Counted from the stretch's first letter, positions 44,974 to 55,881 are shown. The stretch is 64,000 nt of DNA from Bacillota bacterium (GCA_015059155.1 SVAX01000003.1:28473-92472), one strand, 5' to 3'. The notes: generated by a model from the letters alone, not told the origin. Made by a program: numbers and translations.

Positions 44974-46242
44974 CTAACTTACCGTCCAGCCTTTATTAAT
45001 TACTATATTCAGTTCTTCACTTGTTAATTTGGCAATATTTTTGGCTCCGATTATTAATTTTTGTGTATATAAAGTACCACCATTTGCTACATCGTATGTT
45101 AAATTTAAGTCATATAATTTATTTATAACATCCATTAAACTTTCGTAGGTTAAGTCATTTGAATAATGTAAATCTATTTGATAACTACTACTATTGTTTG
45201 ATTTTTTAGTAAAACCTTTTCCTAAATTATTCATGAAAATTAAATCCTCTAAATCTCCAATATAATAAAAAGCATTATAAATATCATTTACTTTACTCGC
45301 ATCCCAAGTACCTAGATTTATACTTCTCAAAGTGGAAGTGGTGTAATAAAATAATTCTCTCATTGAAGTCACATTGCTTGTATCAAAATTGCTTAAATCA
45401 AACTCTTTAAACCCTGTTTGTTTAAATATTCCGTCAAGTTTTGTAACTTTGCTCGTATTAAATTTTTCTAATCCTATTATTTTTCCTAAATTATAACAAC
45501 TATAAAACATATTAGTCATATCTGTCACATTACTTGTGTCAAAATTACTTAAATCTATCTGATAAGAAATTTTTCTTGCGCCGTTATAAAACATGTGGCT
45601 ACAACTTGTAACATTTTCACATAAGTCAAGAAGCTCATTTATATTACTAAGTCTTCCGCCATTATAAAACAAATAAGAAGCATCATTTATTTTAAAACTA
45701 CTTACTTTTGCTAATCCATCAACACCAAATATATTGACACCACTTTTAATATTTTCAGGTATTAAATCTTCATCTCCTGCTACATTTACTTTGTTATATA
45801 TTCCCTCAATAGTTTGTTGCTCAGTTGTTGGAGTTACATTTAATTCTTTTGGTTCTATAAGACCTTTTCCTCTTAAAGTTTCTAAAATGTCATTAATCTC
45901 TAATTTTTGATTATTTATTTCTTCGTTATAAACATTTAATTCATTATCTAAATTTTCTATAGCATCTAAAATTATCTCAACTTCATTTAAACCAGAAAAA
46001 TCATCTTCGCATTTAATGGTATAAATACCATTTTTATTTAGTGTCAATTTTTTATCTTGCAAATTTATTGCATTTACTTTTACATTGTTATAACCATATT
46101 TATTAGATACAAAATTTTGGTCTATGCCCTTAGGAATAACAATTAAATTTTCTAATTCTGGATATTCTTTGATAGCATCAATTTCTAAACTACCAATATT
46201 AATTTCTTCATCTATAATTAGATTCCCAATATTAATTTCCAT
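44974..46242 (-). CDS. DUF285/BspA-type leucine-rich-repeat protein (phage, candidate receptor-binding protein)
   Basis: Same repeat (DLSNFDTSNVTDMTNMFYSCYNL) and the same C-terminal module YESLM.VIN.LYDLNLTYDVANGG.LYTQ. Confidence 0.7.
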   Translation of the reverse strand: MEINIGNLIIDEEINIGSLEIDAIKEYPELENLIVIPKGIDQNFVSNKYGYNNVKVNAINLQDKKLTLNKNGIYTIKCEDDFSGLNEVEIILDAIENLDNELNVYNEEINNQKLEINDILETLRGKGLIEPKELNVTPTTEQQTIEGIYNKVNVAGDEDLIPENIKSGVNIFGVDGLAKVSSFKINDASYLFYNGGRLSNINELLDLCENVTSCSHMFYNGARKISYQIDLSNFDTSNVTDMTNMFYSCYNLGKIIGLEKFNTSKVTKLDGIFKQTGFKEFDLSNFDTSNVTSMRELFYYTTSTLRSINLGTWDASKVNDIYNAFYYIGDLEDLIFMNNLGKGFTKKSNNSSSYQIDLHYSNDLTYESLMDVINKLYDLNLTYDVANGGTLYTQKLIIGAKNIAKLTSEELNIVINKGWTVS

Positions 46243-46582
46243 TTAAATCACCTTCAAAAATTGTTGTTTCTTCAGTTAATTTGAACTTATACAATTTAGT
46301 TTTTTTAAAACCAGAGTTCAATGTAATTTCAATATCAAAATAATATTCTTTATAATCTAATTTTTCAGTATCTATAGGAAGAAATACCACATGGCAAAAC
46401 CCTTCATTATCAATACTCATATCTTCTAAAGTTTTTTGAAATAAAACTGGTGATTCTTTGGTTGGGAAAACTCTTGATGTAATATATATACTTTTAATAT
46501 CTTCTATTTTAATAGGTGAACCATCTGCATATGTTATTTGAGTTTTAAAAGCAAATGTATCACCTCTTGTGAATTCAATCAT
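46232..46582 (-). CDS. phage hypothetical protein (116 aa)
   Basis: Start trimmed to MIEFTRGD (AGAGGTG SD). Confidence 0.55.
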   Translation of the reverse strand: MIEFTRGDTFAFKTQITYADGSPIKIEDIKSIYITSRVFPTKESPVLFQKTLEDMSIDNEGFCHVVFLPIDTEKLDYKEYYFDIEITLNSGFKKTKLYKFKLTEETTIFEGDLNGN

Positions 46583-46641
46583 ATTTTCACCTCTTTCAAT
46601 AAAATAAGAGAGAATTATATTAATAACTCTCCCTTCCATAT

Positions 46642-46956
46642 TTATTTAATTATTAGAGCCATAAAAGCTCCTACTAATGCTCCTACTATACCTATAATAA
46701 TTGTATTTTTAATATTAAATAATAATTTATTAGGTTCTTTGTGATGATATTCTTCCATATTAGATTTTATTTGAGAAATATCAGAATTCATATTATTCAT
46801 TTTTTCTGCCATTACTTTAACACTCGTTGCTAATTCATATATTGTTTTTACAACTGGTTCTAAATTATCTATTCTTTTGTGAGCAGATTTTACACTTCCA
46901 TTTAATTCGCCCAATTCTTTTTCTATATTTAACATTGTCTTTTCCATCATACTCAC
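46642..46956 (-). CDS. XhlA-like coiled-coil protein with C-terminal TM anchor
   Basis: 104 aa with a coiled-coil N-terminal part and IIIGIVGALVGAFMALII at the C-terminus, the architecture of PBSX XhlA. Confidence 0.5.
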   Translation of the reverse strand: MSMMEKTMLNIEKELGELNGSVKSAHKRIDNLEPVVKTIYELATSVKVMAEKMNNMNSDISQIKSNMEEYHHKEPNKLLFNIKNTIIIGIVGALVGAFMALIIK

Positions 46957-46964
46957 CTACTTTC

Positions 46965-49268
46965 TTATGCTATTCTTTTCCAAACATATACGGCTAAATA
47001 TGGTGGCATATTTTCATGGGCAGTACCACTACCAGTATTATTAACTGTATGGGTATGAGCTCCAGAACTATCCATAGATGGAGGAACATTAGAACCATCA
47101 CCAGTATATCTAATATGAGATACAGCTTTATAAGTATCATCTTTAATACCGTATGTATGTAGGTAACCTGTAAATTTATGAGTATGCGCTCCACTTGAAG
47201 AAATTGAGTGATTATGCGATGGTAACTCTGCTGTTTTTAGTGCAACAGTAGCTTTACCACCTGTTGAACCGGCACTATATGTAGAACCACTAGCCAATAA
47301 AAATTTGTCTTTTATTTGCTCCCAAGTTCCTCCAAACAAAGTTGATGGATTAGTTGAATTAACACTCAAATAAATAGAACCAACAGGATAAGCATCTGCT
47401 CCACCTATTTTTTTACCACCTACTTGAAGTAATCCACCTACACTTTCATCATATTTTCCCATTATACCTACACCATTTTTAGCATAGGCAATATGTGGTA
47501 CTCCTGAACCTAAATTTACAGTATAAGTAATATTTGAGAGTTCATCTTCCACATATACTTCTATATTATAGGAATTATTAATATCAAAACCTACACTTGG
47601 AATATCACCAGAAATTAAACTATTAAATTTAAATGTTCCATTTTCAAGAATGTCGAGATTTATATTTATATAATCAGACCACTTATCTTCATTTTCTCCA
47701 GCTATTTTATATCTATATTTAGATTGTTTAATTCTATTAGTAACTCCTCTTTCTTCAATAAATATATATTTATAAGCTGAAGATGTTGTATCAATATCAG
47801 TAACTATTCCAAAATCATCTGGTAACTTATATTCAGTTAGATTTGTTATGGAATCAAAATTAGGATCATTACTATATATATAATTATCTATTACTTGTAC
47901 ATATTGATAATCCAATCCACTTGTTCTATAAAATAAACCAGACAACATATAACCAGTTAATTTGCCTTGTGATGAATCATAACAAGATACAAATTGAATA
48001 TCATCTACTCTACCATATTCATCAAATAAAAGTTCATCTCCTAAGTTATTAGGAAAGTTACAATAAATTGTTTTACCACTTAAATCATCACCGATTTGTA
48101 TATTCCTTAAAGTTTTACCAAAAGTTACAACATCTACCTTACCAGAAAAATTTAATGTTACACTTTCAGACACACCATTTTGTCTTTGAACTACTATACT
48201 ATCTTTTGTCAAAGGATTATATGGAATTACATTGTATGCATGTTTTGTTTTAGAAGTTGTATTTCCACGACTATCTATAGCATAAACAGTAAAATCTCCA
48301 TTACTTACTTTATTTGAAACTATTTCCACATCATCTGTATCGCTATAACTTGCATCTATAGAATTAAACCTATATTTAACCATTGATGATTCTTTTTTTG
48401 CGATAGCTTTGTTTGAGTTTGAAATAGTTGCTTTTACATTTGAATACCCTAAAATAACACTTTGATTATTTTTTGTTAGATCAACAGTTTTTTCATTTAT
48501 ATCTTTAAATTCAAAATCATTAAAATCAGGATTTGCATTTACAATTCTAAAAGTTTTTTCCAACCTTGAATAATATGTATTACTACCAATTTCTGTTCTT
48601 ACATAAAAGAACACCTTTCTTTCATTTGTTGTAGTAGCTTTTCTTAATACATTTCTTTCGCTTTCTGTTAAATTAAATGTATAACTTAAAGTTCCAGTTT
48701 TATTAATATTCCTATATTTAATATCATCAGCCGAACCAGTTAAAGAAATACATGCCTGTAAAGAACCGACTGAATTACCAGCTTTATTTTCGTATGTTAT
48801 GGTTGGATTTTCCTCATCATTAAAATCTTGTGCTGTTAAAATATCTGCTTGTCTTGGTATTGTAGGTAAAGATACATCAACATACCTTGTATAAGCACTA
48901 CCAAAAACACAAGCATTAAAAGTAAGCGTTGTACTCCATTTACCATCAGCATTATGATTTTGAGTCCAACTTCCACTTGCTATTACTTTTTCATATCTAT
49001 TTACATCGCCCTCTTTATACGAACCACTTGCTCTAGCAGTAGAACCATCATAAATACTGTATGTTTTAGAATAATTATAATAATAAGTTGCCCAATCTTT
49101 ATCAGGGGTAGCAATCGCTCTAAACTCCCAATATATTGTATGTCTATTATTTGGAGTGTCTGTATCACTTCTTTTTAAATAAAATCTAGTATTACCATGT
49201 ACATTACTACCACCAACATTATTATAAGTAGCTTCGGCAACTCTTTGCCATGAAGTAGTTAATTCCAT
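46965..49268 (-). CDS. phage tail fibre / receptor-binding protein with C-terminal tail-collar-type domain
   Basis: 767 aa. C-terminus LPSHNHSISSSGAHTH...SGAHTHTV...HENMPPYLAVYVW is typical of phage tail collar (MdpB-like) domains. Confidence 0.7.
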   Translation of the reverse strand: MELTTSWQRVAEATYNNVGGSNVHGNTRFYLKRSDTDTPNNRHTIYWEFRAIATPDKDWATYYYNYSKTYSIYDGSTARASGSYKEGDVNRYEKVIASGSWTQNHNADGKWSTTLTFNACVFGSAYTRYVDVSLPTIPRQADILTAQDFNDEENPTITYENKAGNSVGSLQACISLTGSADDIKYRNINKTGTLSYTFNLTESERNVLRKATTTNERKVFFYVRTEIGSNTYYSRLEKTFRIVNANPDFNDFEFKDINEKTVDLTKNNQSVILGYSNVKATISNSNKAIAKKESSMVKYRFNSIDASYSDTDDVEIVSNKVSNGDFTVYAIDSRGNTTSKTKHAYNVIPYNPLTKDSIVVQRQNGVSESVTLNFSGKVDVVTFGKTLRNIQIGDDLSGKTIYCNFPNNLGDELLFDEYGRVDDIQFVSCYDSSQGKLTGYMLSGLFYRTSGLDYQYVQVIDNYIYSNDPNFDSITNLTEYKLPDDFGIVTDIDTTSSAYKYIFIEERGVTNRIKQSKYRYKIAGENEDKWSDYININLDILENGTFKFNSLISGDIPSVGFDINNSYNIEVYVEDELSNITYTVNLGSGVPHIAYAKNGVGIMGKYDESVGGLLQVGGKKIGGADAYPVGSIYLSVNSTNPSTLFGGTWEQIKDKFLLASGSTYSAGSTGGKATVALKTAELPSHNHSISSSGAHTHKFTGYLHTYGIKDDTYKAVSHIRYTGDGSNVPPSMDSSGAHTHTVNNTGSGTAHENMPPYLAVYVWKRIA

Positions 49269-49278
49269 TTACTCACCC

Positions 49279-51261
49279 CTAACCTATAAAAGAATCCCAT
49301 ACTTGGTTTTCAACCCTTTGTCTTAAAATACCAACTATTGTAGCTTCATTTTTTATTGTAGCTTCATTAGTTGTCATACCTTTATCGGTAAATTCAGTCA
49401 ATGTTTCTGTTCCAGTTTTATTTAAAGTTTTTATACCGTTTGCATTTGCTTTAAATTGAACTTCCATCTCTGAAGAAGTGATTGTTATACCTTTTGAGAT
49501 ATTAACAGTATCGGTTGTTGTTTCGTTTTGATTTTGTGTCCATACTACCTTTTCAGTACCCTTATTTACCATTAAATCCCAAACTTCTAAAGAATCATCA
49601 GTATCACTTATAAAACTAACTTTAATATTATTTGCACGAACCTCTAAAGGATTTATTATATAAATTCCATCATCATCAGTTTTTCCAGTAAAAAATTCAG
49701 TATCATATTTTTCTGTTAATTCATATTCAACATCATTTATAACAACCTTTACAGTAGCCAAATCTAATAATTTTTTATATTTAAATGAAACAGTATAATC
49801 ACCATTAGAAACCTCCACATCTTGTTCAAATATACCTTTTTGTATTAACATTACATTTTTTGAACTAGATTTATTGTCTTGTTTTCTTTCAACATTTCCA
49901 ATCCAAAATTCATAAGGATTTTGTTCCTTATCTGAATTATCATTTTTATACCATAATCCAGTATTTCTAAATATATTATTACCTCCACTCTTAATAAAAG
50001 TGTTTGTAATTCCTGTTTCAGCTTCTTGAATTAATTTATTTGTTTCTTCTTTTGTATAAATATTTCCTGCTAAATCACTAACTTGTTTTATATTAGTTGT
50101 TATAGATTCAATTATTCCTTCTTGTTTATTTACTTTTATTTGTGTATCTCTTAGTAATTGTCCTAAAGAAATATCTTGTTTTTGATTTATTTCTTCTTTT
50201 GTTAAAATAGGACTCTCTAAAGTACTTTCAAAAGTACCATCATATTTAAAATTATGTTTAAGTATATAAGTATCAAAATAATTAGTGTCATCTATATAAA
50301 CTCTAATTTTATCTCCTATGTTTAAAAATGGTTTTCCATAATAAGAAATTAATTTACATTCTACATATTTAAATCCTAAAACTTTGTTAAAAATATTTTC
50401 TATTGCAATTTCTCTTAATTCACTATTATATAAAACATAATCATCATTAATAACTATAGAATTTTCACCATATAAATCTATACTCTCATCATTAGATTTT
50501 GATACATTTTCATCATTTATTTGACTATTTTTTAGAACCAAATTATTAACAGGTCCAAACCCTAATTTTCCACCTTCTAAAGTTGAATAATCAGTAGGAT
50601 AAAAAGTATATTTTGGTTCTGATTCATAATCAAACCATGCCAATTCAATTTGATTAGATAAAGAATCAATTTTTATATAAGAACAAGATACATTTGCTAA
50701 ACTTTGTAGCACTATTCTATTTGTTTCATTATTTGTAAACGGATTATTTGACAATGGGATATCACTATTTAAAAATTCTTCACTTTTTGGAATCAAATCC
50801 AATTGTTGACAAACATCTAAATACAAATCTTTTAATGTAACAGGTGTATTCTCAAAATCGAGATAACAATTATATTTATTGTCTATAGTATTTATTATTT
50901 TTTGATAAGCTGTAAATTCAACTTTATTTTGTGTTTTTAAATCATTTGGATGTTCAATAATGAAGTTACCTAAATCTATATATTCAGTTGTGTTATTATC
51001 AAACATTATTCCAACACTAGCATTAATTTCTTTTTGAAGTAACAAATTAATATCTTCTATATTGATTAACTCTCCTGATAATTTTGATATATAAATACTA
51101 CCTATAATATTTCCATCTACAAAACAACCAGAATCTATAGAAAAAGATTTCAAATTATTTTTCTCACTATAAGATAAATTGCTTTCACTTATATTTAAAT
51201 AACCTAATCTATTATGATTTGCTCCTCGTTTACATTCATTTATAAATTCATTAGTAATCAT
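49279..51261 (-). CDS. phage tail-associated protein (Tal / prophage tail endopeptidase-like)
   Basis: 660 aa; position after the Dit-like gene and before the fibre. Confidence 0.6.
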   Translation of the reverse strand: MITNEFINECKRGANHNRLGYLNISESNLSYSEKNNLKSFSIDSGCFVDGNIIGSIYISKLSGELINIEDINLLLQKEINASVGIMFDNNTTEYIDLGNFIIEHPNDLKTQNKVEFTAYQKIINTIDNKYNCYLDFENTPVTLKDLYLDVCQQLDLIPKSEEFLNSDIPLSNNPFTNNETNRIVLQSLANVSCSYIKIDSLSNQIELAWFDYESEPKYTFYPTDYSTLEGGKLGFGPVNNLVLKNSQINDENVSKSNDESIDLYGENSIVINDDYVLYNSELREIAIENIFNKVLGFKYVECKLISYYGKPFLNIGDKIRVYIDDTNYFDTYILKHNFKYDGTFESTLESPILTKEEINQKQDISLGQLLRDTQIKVNKQEGIIESITTNIKQVSDLAGNIYTKEETNKLIQEAETGITNTFIKSGGNNIFRNTGLWYKNDNSDKEQNPYEFWIGNVERKQDNKSSSKNVMLIQKGIFEQDVEVSNGDYTVSFKYKKLLDLATVKVVINDVEYELTEKYDTEFFTGKTDDDGIYIINPLEVRANNIKVSFISDTDDSLEVWDLMVNKGTEKVVWTQNQNETTTDTVNISKGITITSSEMEVQFKANANGIKTLNKTGTETLTEFTDKGMTTNEATIKNEATIVGILRQRVENQVWDSFIG

Positions 51262-51268
51262 ATTTCAC

Positions 51269-51733
51269 CTACAATTCTATGATTGCTTGAGAAATTGGAT
51301 TATATAATTCTACAAGTTGTCCATCAATTATATAAGAAAGCATAGATTGAGCTGTCCTATCACCTCTATAACATTGAATCGTTTTCCATTTCTTATCAAA
51401 AGGGTTTAAAAACTCTACTTCTATTGGAGAAGGTCTTTTTCTTATCTCAGTAAAAAAGTCTACAAGTTCATCTTCTGTTAATGGTCTTGTTACCAAATCT
51501 AATCTATATTTTGTATTAATAACATTTAAAATCATATCACCATTAGCATTTGTAACATCTCTACCACTATTTTTAGATACATCATACTCACTAATGGAAC
51601 TTTGATTTGATAAATATTTAGTTATATCAACTCCATTTAATTTAACTTTAGTTAACTTTAAAGATGGTCCAGATAATACATATCTATAACCATTATTTAC
51701 AAATTCTTTTATCATGATTTCACCATCTTTCAT
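51269..51733 (-). CDS. phage distal tail protein-like (start may be the ATG at 51715)
   Basis: Position directly after the tape measure gene. Shorter than a typical Dit. Confidence 0.45.
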   Translation of the reverse strand: MKDGEIMIKEFVNNGYRYVLSGPSLKLTKVKLNGVDITKYLSNQSSISEYDVSKNSGRDVTNANGDMILNVINTKYRLDLVTRPLTEDELVDFFTEIRKRPSPIEVEFLNPFDKKWKTIQCYRGDRTAQSMLSYIIDGQLVELYNPISQAIIEL

Positions 51734-51749
51734 TTTCCCTTATGAAAGA

Positions 51750-51758
51750 AGTGCTACT
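51750..51758 (-). promoter_or_regulatory. AGTAGCACT motif copy (upstream of the Dit-like gene)
   Basis: Minus strand TAA-AGTAGCACT-TCTTTCATAAGGGAAAATG. The following UUCUUUC can pair with GGGAAAA (SD region). Confidence 0.5.
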
Positions 51759-54700
51759 TTAATATGGTATATTTATTGGACAAACACCAGTTTGTCTAGT
51801 AGTTTGATTTATTCTATCTACAACTACGCCTTCATCTGAGTGAACGTGAACATCTATTTGATTTGTATGATTAGCATATTGAGCCATTACTTGACTCATA
51901 CCTTGCATTACAGCTTGCTTTATACCTTCTGTTATTTGCATATTGTTAGCAACCACACTTTTACCATTATCAAATTTTCCCATTATTTCACCATGATTAG
52001 CTCTAAACCAACCATCTTCTGGGAATCCACCATTTGCATAAGCATTTATTTTTATATATCCATATTTATCTTCTTTTTTTCCAGATGTTATATCTGTAGA
52101 AATTTCTTGTTTTATCTGAATCTTTTTATTCATAGCTGAAATGAAACTATTTTGCCAAGCTGTTCCAGCTACTTTTCCTGAATATTTAAAATTTTCTTCA
52201 TCTATATCTACATTTATGTTTAATGCATCAATTCCTTTTTGAAGTTCCTCAGAAATTGAGTAACCTTTAGCATACATTTTATCTACTATTTCTTCTTGGA
52301 TATCTTGTGGTAACAATTTAAATTTATTCATAAATTCTTCTTCACTATTTTGAGCAAGTTTTCCCCAAGCATCAACCATATCAGAATTTATATCTTTTAC
52401 TTCTTTTACTAATAATGTTAAATTAATTTGATTTAACATAAGTAAATTTTCATATCTTAATTTTTCTCTTTGATACTCTTCAGCATTATAATTTGATTTA
52501 TTTTTTTCTAGTTCATCTAAATTATCTTTTTGCAAGTTGATTTCATCCATATAATATCTTTTCTTTTCTTGATTAGATGCATAATATAGTTCTTCTTCTT
52601 TTTCTATATATTCAATTAAATCATCCAAATTATTATCTAAAGATAACTCATATGCTGTTGTATATGTTTCTATAGCTTTTTGATTTTTATAATATATTTC
52701 TCTTTGCTTTTCAAGTTTTTCGTTTGCCTCATCCAACTCTTGACCAGCATAATATAAAGCTCCCATAGCATCCGCTGTTGCTCCAGAAAAATCTCCTAAA
52801 GAAGAAATTGCACTAGCCAATCCACTTTTTGATAAATTCTTTAATTCCTTTTCAGTTTTTCCTGTTACTTTTATAGCTTCTTTTAATGCATTATTATATT
52901 TTTCTTGTTTTTGTTTTTGAGTTTCAACTGCTTTATTATAAGTATTAGTAACTTCAGTTTTTGTTTTGATTGCATTAGTATATTCTTCCTCATATGTTTC
53001 TAATAATATCTGTGCTTTTTTTTGTGTTATTACATCTTTAATTGATTGTTCTAAATCTTTATATTTTTGAACTTGACCATTAACAATATCGATTTCAATT
53101 CCCAGTGCATTGCTAAGCGTTGTTGTTATAAATTTTGCTCTATCTTCATAACCTGTTTTAATTTTTCCATTTGCATCAACAATTCTTGTTAATTCTTCAT
53201 ACAAATCTTCATAATATGAAAATTCACTATTTGATTCACTAATTATTTTTCGCCTTGTTTCTTCAAGTTGTTTATATTGTTCTGACATAGTTTCTATTGA
53301 ATTGTATAAGTTTTGAGTTTCTTTATCAATTGTTCCAGATGCTCCAACAATAGCTGTAACAAAACTACTTAATAAACCTATTGCTCCACCTATCGCTGTT
53401 CCAAGAGGTCCAAAAATTGAACCTATAGTGGCAAAACCACCTATTGTAGATAAAGAACCCATTATTCCTTCTAATACATTTGTTACATTTGGTCCCTCAC
53501 TAGCTATATCTTTCATAGCATCATGTACCATATATAAACCAGATACACTCATTCCTATACCCATTAAAGCAGTTTTTGCTTTGTTTATGTTTGTATGCCA
53601 TTTATTAACACTTCCATCAGCATTTAAAACAACATTCTTATGTTTTTCTAATGTTTTATTATATTCTTTCAAATTACCATTAGAATCTAAAATATAATTA
53701 TTAGTACCTTTTAATTGTTTGCCAAAAGTTTGAATTAAATTAGCTCCTGTTTTAATTTTAGTTGTAAATGTTTTCCAAACATTAATTAATGGAGTTAATA
53801 TCGTTTTTACGGTTTTAAATAATAAAAATGTTTCTAATAATTTTGCTAAGATAGTTTGTGCTTTTTTATTAGAAGCTATATATTTAAATAAATCTCTTAA
53901 TTTTTCAAATATAGTTACTAAAACTTTCCCAAATGCTCCACTATCAAAATCTCTTTTTAAAACTTCAAAAACACCTTTAATAGCATCTTTTCCATATATT
54001 ACAATATCTTTTAAAGCATATAATAATTTGCCCATAGTTGAATTAGTATTATCTAATTTCCAACTTACTTTTCCTGTTAGAGGATCGATTTCTTTTATAA
54101 ATCCTAACCAACCCATCATTTTTTCATATATTTCAGTGGCTTTCATTTTTACTTTATCCATACCATTGTCATACCCATAAATAGCATCTAACAATCTTTG
54201 GTCTATACCACCATTTAAGGAATAATCATTATTTTTATCTTTGTTTTCGTTTATATTATTTATTTGGTCAAATCCTAATGTTTGTCTTTTTAATTCTTTT
54301 ACACTATCTGTAGCATCAGATATAGAATCATCTAAATCTACAAAAGCATCTTCTGAACTTGCTATACCAGAGTTAAAATCTGATAATTCAATTCCTAATA
54401 AGTTTGCTAAGACATTACATATTTCTCTAACTACTAATAAGAAAGCATTTGCATAAGGTAAAACTTTAGAAAAAGTACCCATAAATAAACTTGTTAATGC
54501 TACTTTGGCTTCAACTAATAAATTAGAAAATATTTTCATTTGATTAGATGGAGATTCTATTGTGTCAGCATAATCTCCCATAGCTACTTTAGCTTGTTTT
54601 AATGCCGCTAAATATCTTAATATTTCTTTTTCTCCTTGAGATAAATCTTTTACACTTCTATCATTAATACCTAAACTTTCAAGTAAAGGTTGCATTGTTG

Positions 54701-55448
54701 ATTGAGTAACATCTATACCATATGCTCTTAATGGTTTTGTTTGACCAGCATATACACCAGCTCTTAGTGCCTCAGCAACATCACTTTCCTTTTTGTTGTA
54801 TAAGGATGCTAAGTCATAAGTAAACTTAGTCATAGTTTCAGACATTACACTTGCATACTCTTTAGGTATACTTGCATTTTCTCCCATTGATTGAAATAAT
54901 GCTTGATATTTTAAGGTGTCAGTTAAATTAGTTCCAAAAGCATAATTTAATTTGTTTTGAAATTGTATTGCCTCTTTACCTAATTTAGAAAATGTTTTGA
55001 CACCATTTTTTTCCATATTATCAAATACAACATTAAATAAGTTTAATTGTTCAGTTCTATCAGTTGCTTCAGTCATCCAAGTTAAAAATGTTGTCGCTAA
55101 TTTTCTAACTCCATAAAATAATCCAGTTAATGATATTGCTGAAGTTAATTTAGAAAACATTTTTGAAGTATTATTAGTTGCATCTCCAAGTTTTCTCATA
55201 TTAAAAGTTGTATTTTGTAATGTCCCATCTTTTCCAATTCTATATAAAGTTGTATATACTTTTTGACCTTTTTTATTTACAGATGTTAAAGTTTTATTTA
55301 CTAAATTACCATTAGCATCTACTTTTGTAGAGATTTTTTGAATACTCGATCCAGTTAAATTTAGTGTACTTAGTAATTTATTAAAACCACTTACAGCTTC
55401 TTCTGCACTTGATTTTAATTTAACCTCTAAAGACTGACTTTCATTCAT
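51759..55448 (-). CDS. phage tail tape measure protein
   Basis: 1229 aa, with coiled-coil and G/A-rich TM-like segments, downstream of the chaperone pair. Confidence 0.9.
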   Translation of the reverse strand: MNESQSLEVKLKSSAEEAVSGFNKLLSTLNLTGSSIQKISTKVDANGNLVNKTLTSVNKKGQKVYTTLYRIGKDGTLQNTTFNMRKLGDATNNTSKMFSKLTSAISLTGLFYGVRKLATTFLTWMTEATDRTEQLNLFNVVFDNMEKNGVKTFSKLGKEAIQFQNKLNYAFGTNLTDTLKYQALFQSMGENASIPKEYASVMSETMTKFTYDLASLYNKKESDVAEALRAGVYAGQTKPLRAYGIDVTQSTMQPLLESLGINDRSVKDLSQGEKEILRYLAALKQAKVAMGDYADTIESPSNQMKIFSNLLVEAKVALTSLFMGTFSKVLPYANAFLLVVREICNVLANLLGIELSDFNSGIASSEDAFVDLDDSISDATDSVKELKRQTLGFDQINNINENKDKNNDYSLNGGIDQRLLDAIYGYDNGMDKVKMKATEIYEKMMGWLGFIKEIDPLTGKVSWKLDNTNSTMGKLLYALKDIVIYGKDAIKGVFEVLKRDFDSGAFGKVLVTIFEKLRDLFKYIASNKKAQTILAKLLETFLLFKTVKTILTPLINVWKTFTTKIKTGANLIQTFGKQLKGTNNYILDSNGNLKEYNKTLEKHKNVVLNADGSVNKWHTNINKAKTALMGIGMSVSGLYMVHDAMKDIASEGPNVTNVLEGIMGSLSTIGGFATIGSIFGPLGTAIGGAIGLLSSFVTAIVGASGTIDKETQNLYNSIETMSEQYKQLEETRRKIISESNSEFSYYEDLYEELTRIVDANGKIKTGYEDRAKFITTTLSNALGIEIDIVNGQVQKYKDLEQSIKDVITQKKAQILLETYEEEYTNAIKTKTEVTNTYNKAVETQKQKQEKYNNALKEAIKVTGKTEKELKNLSKSGLASAISSLGDFSGATADAMGALYYAGQELDEANEKLEKQREIYYKNQKAIETYTTAYELSLDNNLDDLIEYIEKEEELYYASNQEKKRYYMDEINLQKDNLDELEKNKSNYNAEEYQREKLRYENLLMLNQINLTLLVKEVKDINSDMVDAWGKLAQNSEEEFMNKFKLLPQDIQEEIVDKMYAKGYSISEELQKGIDALNINVDIDEENFKYSGKVAGTAWQNSFISAMNKKIQIKQEISTDITSGKKEDKYGYIKINAYANGGFPEDGWFRANHGEIMGKFDNGKSVVANNMQITEGIKQAVMQGMSQVMAQYANHTNQIDVHVHSDEGVVVDRINQTTRQTGVCPINIPY

Positions 55449-55468
55449 ATTTTACTCACCACCTTTTA

Positions 55469-55828
55469 TTAGTTTTTGGTAGTGCTACTTTTATCTTTGC
55501 CCTTTATTGCCTGAACTTGTAAAACTCTATTTTTAATTTTTATAGCTAACAAGTCCTGTTCTTTTTTATTTACATCTACATTTTCTTCACCTATCAAACC
55601 ATAAGGTTTTTTTGAATATTCTATTTTTTGTTTATTAAAACAATTATTAATTGCAACTTGCATGGCTTCACAAATATATGCTCCTTGCAACCAGGAATTA
55701 TAATTATTTATTTCTTGCATTGATTTTATTCTTTCAAAAAAAGAAAAACGGTATGCCCAGAACAAGTCAGGGCTATCCTCCCAAAACTCTTTCACAGACA
55801 TACCGTATGTAATTGCCATAGGCAACAA
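55469..55828 (-). CDS. tail assembly chaperone, T-like part (-1 frame relative to 55882..56214)
   Basis: Position between the chaperone and the tape measure. Its frame stays open upstream across the stop of the preceding ORF. Confidence 0.55.
   Translation of the reverse strand: MLPMAITYGMSVKEFWEDSPDLFWAYRFSFFERIKSMQEINNYNSWLQGAYICEAMQVAINNCFNKQKIEYSKKPYGLIGEENVDVNKKEQDLLAIKIKNRVLQVQAIKGKDKSSTTKN
55481..55489 (-). promoter_or_regulatory. AGTAGCACT motif copy (upstream of the tape measure gene)
   Basis: Minus strand AAAGTAGCACTACCAAAAACTAATAAAAGGTGGTGAG. CACUACC pairs with GGUGGUG (SD). Confidence 0.5.
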
Positions 55829-55881
55829 ATCATAAAACCAATCTGTTAAGTTTTTAAATTTTTTGCCTTCTTGATTTTCAC

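Noticed and set aside
46994-47194. 66-aa minus-strand ORF nested in the tail-fibre gene.
   Set aside because: It is an alternative frame of the same strand inside a well-supported 767-aa gene, with no SD.
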